Source: an uncultured Chitinophagales bacterium (GTDB lineage: Bacteria > Bacteroidota > Bacteroidia > Chitinophagales > S012-47). From it: a stretch of 64,000 bases of DNA. This document shows positions 9,854 through 17,067 of this stretch, in pieces; positions within the stretch are counted from its first letter, which is position 1, and the number at the start of each line of letters is the position of its first letter. The notes below the pieces were generated by a model, which saw only the letters and a program-made list of their open reading frames with translations, did not search any database and was not told the DNA's origin. A program made the position numbers and the translations under genes. The stretch covers positions 20,780-84,779 of the forward strand of contig CAYYHM010000001.1 in NCBI GenBank assembly GCA_964471795.1, given 5' to 3'.

Positions 9854-11221
9854 TTACTTTGAGGAGTCGGTGGTTGCAGTGGCGTTGGGTAGCACATCCG
9901 GGTTGGTGTAAAAATCCGGTGGGAATCCATTCAGCTGACGCCAGATCTCGTACCAAATGGGTACATCTTTCAGCAAGGCCATTGTGCTGGCACCGGATCC
10001 TACCCGAATGCCGTCAGGCCAGGGATAGGCGTCTTTATCGGGAGAAATCAGAATACGGTATTTGCCATTGTCGCTGATGAACTTATCAATGGCCACCACC
10101 CGGCCAGAGAACGTACCGAAAGAAGAATTGGGCCATCCGCTGAATACTATCGCCGGCCAGCCGTCAAACTGTATCATCACGCGTTGATCAATGGCGATCA
10201 GAGGTAAGTCCAGCGGTCGGATATACATCTCAACCGCCAGTTCGTTGTTGGCAGGCATGATGGTGAGGATGGCTTCCCCTTCCTTCACGGTTTCACCAAT
10301 ACCTGTTTTGATGGCCTTAGTGATGTAGCCATTCTGTGGTGCCGTGATGAAGTAGAATCCTGATCGCCGTTCATAATTGGCCAGTTGATTCTGCATCTTG
10401 GTAACCAAAGCCTGTGCATCGTATAGCATGGATAGGGTAGAAAACTTATCCGATTCGGCTTTGGCAAGCTTGTCACGGAACTCGTTGTCTACAGTGTTCA
10501 ACTCCATCGCGGCATTCAACAATTCATTTCTACTGGTAAGCAGCTTGTTTTCGGCACTTATTTTCTTGGCAATAGCATCTTGTAGTCGTATCCTGCGGCT
10601 TTCCAGATCAGTAAGCGCCTTCAAACCATCATTATACATGCTTTCCATACGCTTGTATTGACTGTCGGCGACGGCCAATTGCGTAATCGATGCTTGTAGG
10701 TCAATAGAGTCTGATTCTACTTTCAGACGGGCCTGTATCAATTTGTTGCGTGTCTGTTCAATCTTGAGTAGCCGATTCGCCCGCAGCGCCTGTATCTGCT
10801 GTTCCAGTGCTTGAACCTTGTCCTCATACGAGGCCACGGCTTGCTGCTTGTTGGCGATCTGGTCCTCCTGTCGGGTAATCAGTTGCGGATCAAAGTAGTC
10901 ATCCTTGATTTCAGAAACCTGCACTATGGTGTCTCCTGCCTGCACATAGTCGCCTTCCTGCACGTACCACTTCTCGATGCGGCCTGCAATTACCGATTGC
11001 ATAGTTTGAGGTCGCTTATCCGGCTGGAGTGAGGTTACATACCCACGTGCCCGGATGTTTTGGGTCCATGGCAAAAACATCATGGCCAAAACCAGTATCA
11101 AGGTTCCGATGAGAAACCTCGACAAAACCCTGCCGGACCGGGTCGGCAATATCTTGGTAAAAGCCGAATACCGGGATTCATTAATCCTTGAGGAAATATT
11201 GTTTTCGCTGATGTTAAGCAT
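9854..11221 (-). CDS. HlyD-family membrane fusion / secretion protein
   Basis: A single N-terminal TM (FLIGTLILVLAMMFLPW), a lipoyl-like hairpin (QEGDYVQAGDTIV) and a long coiled coil. The ATG at 11221 overlaps the ABC stop (ATGCTTAA). Confidence 0.85.
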   Translation of the reverse strand: MLNISENNISSRINESRYSAFTKILPTRSGRVLSRFLIGTLILVLAMMFLPWTQNIRARGYVTSLQPDKRPQTMQSVIAGRIEKWYVQEGDYVQAGDTIVQVSEIKDDYFDPQLITRQEDQIANKQQAVASYEDKVQALEQQIQALRANRLLKIEQTRNKLIQARLKVESDSIDLQASITQLAVADSQYKRMESMYNDGLKALTDLESRRIRLQDAIAKKISAENKLLTSRNELLNAAMELNTVDNEFRDKLAKAESDKFSTLSMLYDAQALVTKMQNQLANYERRSGFYFITAPQNGYITKAIKTGIGETVKEGEAILTIMPANNELAVEMYIRPLDLPLIAIDQRVMIQFDGWPAIVFSGWPNSSFGTFSGRVVAIDKFISDNGKYRILISPDKDAYPWPDGIRVGSGASTMALLKDVPIWYEIWRQLNGFPPDFYTNPDVLPNATATTDSSK

Positions 11222-12944
11222 CGAAGACCTCTTTAAACCAGCTGTTTTGCTGTAGTTCTGGGTAAGTTCCTTCCTGAACAATCTCGCCATTGTCCAGAAT
11301 GATTATCCGATCGCATCGTTTGGCAATATCACTTTCATTCGACACTACTACCAGCGTCCAGGCATTGGAGGCGTTGGTGAGACAGTCGAGGATACGCAGG
11401 CGTTCACGGGGTTCCAGTGCATTCATGGCATCCTCTATCAACAACAGCCGTGGCTTGTCGGCAATAGCGCGCGCCAGGATGATTTTACGAAGGACGGATC
11501 TGGGAAGTTTACGGCCTTCAGGGTCGATTTCTTCTTCATACCCTCGTGGCAGTGTCTTTACAAAGTCGATTAAGCCGACCTGCTGTACGGCCCATTTGAC
11601 ATTTTCCATGGTAGCTCTTTCCCTGCCAACGGCGATATTCTCGAGCAAGGTGCCTTTGAATATGTCTTCATGCGACAGGCTGTCCCCGATAAACGACCGC
11701 AGGCTGCCAATGTTCAGGTTGCCGATAGGCAAATCATTGTAGCTGATGGAGCCAATCGGACAGTCGTACAGACCGGCCAGCAGGTGCACCAGAGTAGACT
11801 TTCCCGAGCCGTTGTGCCCGGCAATACACAGCCGTTCGCCCGGCTTGATGGCCAGGTTCATGTCCCTGATGATAGGTTCCTGACTGTAGGGGAAAGAATA
11901 GGTCACCTTCTTTAGCTCTATCGCCATACCCTTTTCCTGCTCCTCATGGGTAAAACAGGCACCCTCCTCGTTTTCAAGGGGAAGGTCGGTTACATTGCCT
12001 ATCTTCTCCAGTGCGGTCAGCACGTCGTAGATGTTTTCCATGGTCAAGATCAGCTTCTCCACTGAGTTGATGATCAGCAGGATGATGATTTCGGCAGCAA
12101 CGAACTGCCCCAGATTCAGTTGCTGGTCAATCACCAGCAATGATCCTACAATCAAAAGACCTGCAGCTACCAGTAGTTTGAAGCCTACCATGTTGGCAAA
12201 CTGAATCACCAGCACCCGGAAATGCGATCGCCTGTACTTCAGGTAGTTGCCTACCAGGCCGTCTACGCGCTGCATCGGAAGATCAGTCTGCCCAGCCAGC
12301 TTGAAGGTGAACATGGTACGGGCTACTTCTTCCAGCCAATGCGCTACCTCATACTTGTACTTCGACTCCATGATACTGGTGCGCAATCCCTGTGGTCCGG
12401 TGTAGCGCACAATCAGCAGGATTATCAACACCAGCAATAGACCGAACACGATGAAGAATGGATGATACAGGCTAAGGAGAATGAGGCCGAAAATGATCTG
12501 CAGCAAGGCAGAACTCAGGTCTATCAGGATCTTGCTCAAGCCCTTTTGTACGGTTAGCGTATCAAAGAACCGATTCACCAGCTCCGGCGCATACGACTTG
12601 TACACGGCGGCGAACTTGATACGCGGGATGCGGTAGGCGAACTCGAAAGCCGAACGGGCGAAGATGCGCTGTTGAATGCTCTCGGAGATGACCATTTGCA
12701 TGATCTGCAGGAAACCGGCTGCCAGTATACCCAGCAGCACTACACCTACCAAAATACCCCATGACGTGCTTACCTCACCACCTTGTATGAGGTTGATGAT
12801 GGCCTGTATGCCCAAGGGTAGGGATAGGGTAACCAGTCCGGTGAAGATGGCATATAGGTAAATGTGCGTGATCTCACGCTTGTCAAGCGCAATGAGCTTC
12901 AATAGCCGCTTAAAGGGTGGTATGCCCGGAACAGATCCTGCCAT
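11214..12944 (-). CDS. ABC exporter half-transporter (TMD-NBD) with atypical nucleotide-binding domain
   Basis: 576 aa with an N-terminal six-TM exporter-type domain. The C-terminal NBD has Walker A GHNGSGKST, but the signature reads LPRSV and Walker B reads LLLIED. No C39 peptidase domain is present. Confidence 0.85.
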   Translation of the reverse strand: MAGSVPGIPPFKRLLKLIALDKREITHIYLYAIFTGLVTLSLPLGIQAIINLIQGGEVSTSWGILVGVVLLGILAAGFLQIMQMVISESIQQRIFARSAFEFAYRIPRIKFAAVYKSYAPELVNRFFDTLTVQKGLSKILIDLSSALLQIIFGLILLSLYHPFFIVFGLLLVLIILLIVRYTGPQGLRTSIMESKYKYEVAHWLEEVARTMFTFKLAGQTDLPMQRVDGLVGNYLKYRRSHFRVLVIQFANMVGFKLLVAAGLLIVGSLLVIDQQLNLGQFVAAEIIILLIINSVEKLILTMENIYDVLTALEKIGNVTDLPLENEEGACFTHEEQEKGMAIELKKVTYSFPYSQEPIIRDMNLAIKPGERLCIAGHNGSGKSTLVHLLAGLYDCPIGSISYNDLPIGNLNIGSLRSFIGDSLSHEDIFKGTLLENIAVGRERATMENVKWAVQQVGLIDFVKTLPRGYEEEIDPEGRKLPRSVLRKIILARAIADKPRLLLIEDAMNALEPRERLRILDCLTNASNAWTLVVVSNESDIAKRCDRIIILDNGEIVQEGTYPELQQNSWFKEVFDA

Positions 12945-12949
12945 AGTGT

Positions 12950-13627
12950 TTAGGATTGCAGCATGCTAAAGGCCATGCAGGTGAAAAATCGGGTGATGTC
13001 CTGATCATCTTTGCGGATGTCGCTGAGGGACGACAGATGTTCGGAAAAGAACTTCTGTTGGTGTGCGCCCTCAATGATGGTTGATACCAGTGTATTAGGG
13101 AACTCGTATCGGGGGTCCACCTCAACAATCATATCACTGATCCGCCTGCATAGCCTTTTGTAGCCGCTGAAATATCCTTCCTTGTTTTCGTTATCAATTG
13201 ATTTGGTGAAATAGGTCTTTGCCGATTCCTGAACTACAATCTGATACAGCAACACTTCATTGATGTGGCTGAAATCAGAGTCTTCCTTTACCGGCTCCGA
13301 CACAATCTGAATGGCTTTCTTAAGGCGTTCAACCGGATCACTTATGTTCACAGTGGAAAAAACCAAGCGGTATTCCATCCATCCCCAGTACCACGCAGTA
13401 AGGTAGACCAATAGTTTGTGCTTGTTTTCAAAATACCGGTAGATGGTGCTCTCCGGTGATTGAATTCGTTGCCCCAACTTCTTGAAAGTAAACTTCTCAA
13501 ATCCTATCTCATCAATCAGCTCAATGCTGTGTTGTATGATCTTCCTGCCCAATTCGCTGGAATCAGGATTCTTGAGGTACAACTTTTCATTGACGCGGAT
13601 AGTGATTTGACCCAACAACTCCTGCAT
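12950..13627 (-). CDS. TetR/AcrR-family transcriptional regulator
   Basis: 225 aa with an N-terminal HTH region (GFEKFTFKKLGQRIQSPESTIYRYFENKHKLL). It sits first in the operon, 5 nt upstream of the ABC gene. Confidence 0.85.
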   Translation of the reverse strand: MQELLGQITIRVNEKLYLKNPDSSELGRKIIQHSIELIDEIGFEKFTFKKLGQRIQSPESTIYRYFENKHKLLVYLTAWYWGWMEYRLVFSTVNISDPVERLKKAIQIVSEPVKEDSDFSHINEVLLYQIVVQESAKTYFTKSIDNENKEGYFSGYKRLCRRISDMIVEVDPRYEFPNTLVSTIIEGAHQQKFFSEHLSSLSDIRKDDQDITRFFTCMAFSMLQS

Positions 13628-13673
13628 GAATGCTACTTGATTTGCTTGCTATTGTAGATAGAATTAATGCACG

Positions 13674-13681
13674 CAAAAATA
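13674..13681 (-). promoter_or_regulatory. candidate Bacteroidota -7 box (TATTTTTG) for the tetR-ABC-hlyD-tolC operon
   Basis: The minus strand reads TATTTTTG, matching TAnnTTTG, 46 nt upstream of the tetR ATG (13627). Confidence 0.4.
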
Positions 13682-13694
13682 ATAGTAAAACTAT
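13682..13694. promoter_or_regulatory. perfect 13-bp palindrome ATAGTaaaACTAT abutting the -7 box (candidate TetR operator)
   Basis: Read directly from the sequence: ATAGT (13682-13686), AAA, ACTAT (13690-13694). Confidence 0.3.
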
Positions 13695-13856
13695 CATCTG
13701 TGCAAGTAACCATAACGAAATTTAACGCAAGGGTAGGAAACAAATAATACATAAAGTTCCGGTAGTATCGGTGGGTTATCTACTACTCACCGGATATTAT
13801 CAGCAAACTTGGCTATTGTATCCAGTGACGAATGCGAAGAGAATTTCCAGAGACAG

Positions 13857-14552
13857 TTAGCCCTCCAGATTGATCACAATCGCTACACTGCGGGTAAATA
13901 GATGTTGCAGCACTGTGGAGATAGTCAGGTTGCGATCCAGGGAGTGGACATCGAAAACCCCTTGAGACAGCCGCAGCTCGGGCGCAAAGATGAAGTAGGG
14001 GAAGTAGAACTCAAAGCCAAAGCCATACTCCAACAACAGGTCGTGCTGTGCTACCTTGATGAGGTCTTCCGCATTGCGGGCTTTCGCATTGGAGGCTAGG
14101 TCCAACGAATATTTGACGCCACCAAGCACATAGAACCGCATATCCTTGTAGGGATCACTTTTGAACTTCAGCAACAGTGGCAATTCAAAGTTGATGGATT
14201 CAATGGTCTGTTTAAACGTAGTATCCAGAAAGGTAGAATAGCTAAGGTTGCGTTCTGCGAAGGTCATAGAGGGCAGAAACCGGAAGTCGAAGTTCTTGCC
14301 AAGGTGTACGTTGGTGATGATGCCAAGGTTGAATCCGGGGCCTTTCAACGATTCGATGCCGGCAATGGAATCGTTGAACAGGAATCCTTCTGACTGACGA
14401 ATACGGAACTCTGAGCGATTGTAGCCCATCAGGATACCGAAGTGAGCCCATTTGTTGTCGAATCGCTGCGTAAACGACCAGGCATTGAACTGGCCTGCGG
14501 CCGTAGATGCCATGCCAAGAATCAGGATCGCTATCAGGATATGCTGCCTCAT
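13857..14552 (-). CDS. outer-membrane beta-barrel protein, PorT/SprT-like (OMP_b-brl_2 type)
   Basis: Signal peptide MRQHILIAILILGMASTAAGQ, alternating beta-strand pattern, the FELPLLLKFK motif and an aromatic-rich C-terminus. The track start at 14567 is TTG, so I prefer the ATG at 14552. Confidence 0.6.
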   Translation of the reverse strand: MRQHILIAILILGMASTAAGQFNAWSFTQRFDNKWAHFGILMGYNRSEFRIRQSEGFLFNDSIAGIESLKGPGFNLGIITNVHLGKNFDFRFLPSMTFAERNLSYSTFLDTTFKQTIESINFELPLLLKFKSDPYKDMRFYVLGGVKYSLDLASNAKARNAEDLIKVAQHDLLLEYGFGFEFYFPYFIFAPELRLSQGVFDVHSLDRNLTISTVLQHLFTRSVAIVINLEG

Positions 14553-14645
14553 GTTGCTGCTTTCCAACGCAAATCACAATCAGGTATTGTGGGAGCGCTG
14601 GCGATGAATTGTTGTCGCGTGCAAAGATAGCACAAGGCAAAACGA

Positions 14646-14653
14646 TATTTTTG
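14646..14653 (+). promoter_or_regulatory. candidate -7 box TATTTTTG, only 4 nt before the engB ATG
   Basis: The sequence reads TATTTTTGtgccATG, matching TAnnTTTG. Confidence 0.45.
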
Positions 14654-14657
14654 TGCC

Positions 14658-15299
14658 ATGCAAATCCGTTCCTCCGTGTTTACCGGCAGCTACACCCGGT
14701 TGGATGACTGCCCTGAGGCCATTCGTCCGGAATACGCTTTCATCGGTCGTTCCAATGTGGGCAAGTCATCGCTCATCAACATGCTGACCGACAAAACGCA
14801 GTTGGCCAAAACGTCACAGACGCCCGGTAAAACGCAGTTGATCAACTATTTCCTGATCAATCACGAGAAAGGCAAGCACGGCAGTGGGTGGTATCTGGTG
14901 GATCTGCCGGGGTATGGCTATGCCAAGGCATCCAAGACGTCGCGGCAGAAGTGGGAGAAGATGATTCGCAGGTATCTGGCCATGCGGAAATCCTTGCAGT
15001 GTGTGTTTGTGCTGATCGACTCCCGCATACCACCACAGGCCTTGGATCTGGAGTTCGTAAACTGGTTGGGAGAGATGGGTGTGCCCTTCATTTTGCTCTT
15101 CACCAAGGCGGATAAGCAAACGAACAAGAAGACGCTTGCGCAAACGGATGCCTTCCTGAAAGCCATGCAGGAGAGCTGGGATACGCTACCGCAACACATC
15201 ATCACGTCCGCACAAACCAAGCAGGGTAGAGAAGAAGTGCTGGCGTTGATTGCAGATGTCAACAGCCGGTTTGAGCCGGTAGTCGATCAGAAGATGTAA
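14658..15299 (+). CDS. engB: ribosome biogenesis GTP-binding protein YsxC/EngB
   Basis: G1 motif GRSNVGKSSLIN, G3 DLPGYG and NKxD-like TKADK in a protein of about 210 aa. Confidence 0.92.
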   Translation: MQIRSSVFTGSYTRLDDCPEAIRPEYAFIGRSNVGKSSLINMLTDKTQLAKTSQTPGKTQLINYFLINHEKGKHGSGWYLVDLPGYGYAKASKTSRQKWEKMIRRYLAMRKSLQCVFVLIDSRIPPQALDLEFVNWLGEMGVPFILLFTKADKQTNKKTLAQTDAFLKAMQESWDTLPQHIITSAQTKQGREEVLALIADVNSRFEPVVDQKM

Positions 15300-15877
15300 G
15301 AGAATCGCAGTGTAGCGATGTTGTTCACCATACCGCCACTCTTCAAATTGCTATTTGGGTTGTAGGCAATCGGCCATAGTGAATATGCGACACGGCCATT
15401 GATGCCGAAATGATCGCGGATAACGAAGGTGATTTCCCCCATGATGTTCCAGTCACGGTCGGAGGGAATAGGATCCCGCTCCGATGTGTCGATGCCATTT
15501 TCGATCCGCGTAAACCGGAATAGCTGGCTGTAGGAGACACCCGCGCCGAAGATCATGCCGTTCTTATCGTGATAATGCACCAGCAAGGGTATCTCTGCAT
15601 AGGTGAGGGTAAGGTTCGAATTGCGTCCGAAACTCTGGTCTACCCGGGAGGTCTTCGCCCCTTTTTCGGCATACAGTAGCTCGAAACTCAGCGACCACTC
15701 AGGCTGCAAGAAGGCATAGGCTTTTACGCCGGCATTCCAGCCCACTTTATCGAATCCCGCCAGATTATCCCCATCAATCTGCGCCATGTTGATGCCTCCC
15801 AGCAAGGCAGCACGGAATGTCTGGCCGGGTAGCCAGACAGCCATGGCCATAAGAGCGCACAGGATGATTGCTTTCAT
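15287..15877 (-). CDS. small outer-membrane beta-barrel (porin-family) protein
   Basis: Signal peptide MKAIILCALMAMAVWLPGQ, the YAEIPLLVHY motif and a C-terminal ...LRFSYIF. Its 3' end overlaps the engB 3' end by 13 nt. Confidence 0.7.
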   Translation of the reverse strand: MKAIILCALMAMAVWLPGQTFRAALLGGINMAQIDGDNLAGFDKVGWNAGVKAYAFLQPEWSLSFELLYAEKGAKTSRVDQSFGRNSNLTLTYAEIPLLVHYHDKNGMIFGAGVSYSQLFRFTRIENGIDTSERDPIPSDRDWNIMGEITFVIRDHFGINGRVAYSLWPIAYNPNSNLKSGGMVNNIATLRFSYIF

Positions 15878-15883
15878 AGGCTA

Positions 15884-15891
15884 CAAAGGTA
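15884..15891 (-). promoter_or_regulatory. candidate -7 box TACCTTTG, 6 nt before the ATG of the 15877 barrel gene
   Basis: The minus strand reads TACCTTTGtagcctATG. Confidence 0.4.
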
Positions 15892-15955
15892 GGAGTTGGA
15901 TGAATTCCACAGCACCAGCCTCGTAACTGAATCGTCAAAATCCACTTCCTTCCCC

Positions 15956-15963
15956 TACATTTG
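15956..15963 (+). promoter_or_regulatory. candidate -7 box TACATTTG
   Basis: Matches TAnnTTTG and lies 19 nt upstream of the ATG at 15983. Confidence 0.4.
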
Positions 15964-15982
15964 TTGATACATTGTAACCAGA

Positions 15983-16255
15983 ATGTTTAGGTACACACCG
16001 GCCACCTTAAAGAAAATGGAAGCCCTCATGAAGGAAATGGGGTTCCTGCTGCGCTATGAAAAGGGGCAGTTCCAAAGTGGTCATTGCCTGCTGGAAGAAA
16101 AGCGGGTGATTGTCATCAACAAGTTCTACACGCTGGAAGCCCGCATCAATGCATTGCTCGACATTCTAGGGCAGCTGGAGATTGATCGCAGCAAGCTTGA
16201 TGACGAACAGTTGGCCTACCTGGATCTGTTGTTGCTGCAAAACCAGTCTTCTTGA
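15983..16255 (+). CDS. hypothetical 90-aa protein
   Basis: The ORF has its own -7 box. Its TGA stop overlaps the TTG start of the next gene (cTTGAaa). I recognise no family. Confidence 0.5.
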   Translation: MFRYTPATLKKMEALMKEMGFLLRYEKGQFQSGHCLLEEKRVIVINKFYTLEARINALLDILGQLEIDRSKLDDEQLAYLDLLLLQNQSS

Positions 16256-17016
16256 AAATCACTTTTCTGGGAACGGGCACTTCGCAAGGCGTACCGGTTA
16301 TCGGTTGCAGCTGTGAGGTGTGTGCTTCGGCAGATGAGCGCGATCGACGCTTGCGCACTTCCATCCTTATTGAGAATGAACAAGGCACCATTGTAGTAGA
16401 TACCGGCCCCGACTTCCGGCAGCAGATGCTTACATACCGGGTACAGCGCCTGGACGCCATCCTGTTTACCCATGAGCACCGCGACCATACGGCTGGCCTG
16501 GATGATGTGCGTGCCTTTAACTTTAAGCAGCGGGCTGCTGCTGACATCTATGCCACAGAGCACGTACAAGGTGAGTTGCGAAAGCAGTTCGATTACATCT
16601 TTGCCAATTATGACTACCCGGGCGTGCCGAAGGTGCAGTTCCACAGTATAGATGCGGAGCCCTTCGAGTTACTCGGTATTCGCATCCAGCCCATCCGGGT
16701 ATGGCACTATCGGCTGCCCGTACTGGGTTTCCGGTTCAATGATTTCACCTACATCACCGATGCCAACCGGATAGATCCCGAAGAGCTGGAAAAGATAAAG
16801 GGCTCCAAAGGACTGGTGTTGAATGCCCTTCGAAAAGAAGAACACATCTCCCATTTTACCCTCGACGAGGCGGTGCGACTGGTGGGAAATACGGGTGTTC
16901 CGCAAGCCTGGTTTACACACATATCCCATCAGATGGGGTTGCATCAGGAAGTACAGCAAGCACTGCCTGCCCATATCCACCTGGCCTATGATGGGTTGAC
17001 GATTTCCATGCCATAG
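16252..17016 (+). CDS. MBL-fold metallo-hydrolase (PhnP-like)
   Basis: HxHxDH motif (THEHRDHTAG), an N-terminal MKITFLGTGTSQGVP and a CxCxxC cluster (GCSCEVC). The start codon is TTG. Confidence 0.85.
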   Translation: MKITFLGTGTSQGVPVIGCSCEVCASADERDRRLRTSILIENEQGTIVVDTGPDFRQQMLTYRVQRLDAILFTHEHRDHTAGLDDVRAFNFKQRAAADIYATEHVQGELRKQFDYIFANYDYPGVPKVQFHSIDAEPFELLGIRIQPIRVWHYRLPVLGFRFNDFTYITDANRIDPEELEKIKGSKGLVLNALRKEEHISHFTLDEAVRLVGNTGVPQAWFTHISHQMGLHQEVQQALPAHIHLAYDGLTISMP

Positions 17017-17067
17017 TTGTATTTTACAGCCTCATTTACTCATTATCCAGTCTTACGATTCCATTTC

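Noticed and set aside
9850-9930. N-terminal extensions given by the ORF track (tolC from 9930, hlyD from 11290, TonB receptor from 54673, pepT from 54630, SbtA-like from 44046, WD40 from 6834)
   Set aside because: The extensions overlap the upstream gene or precede a clean signal peptide or conserved N-terminus. Internal ATG codons give compact operon spacing, so the shorter models were used.
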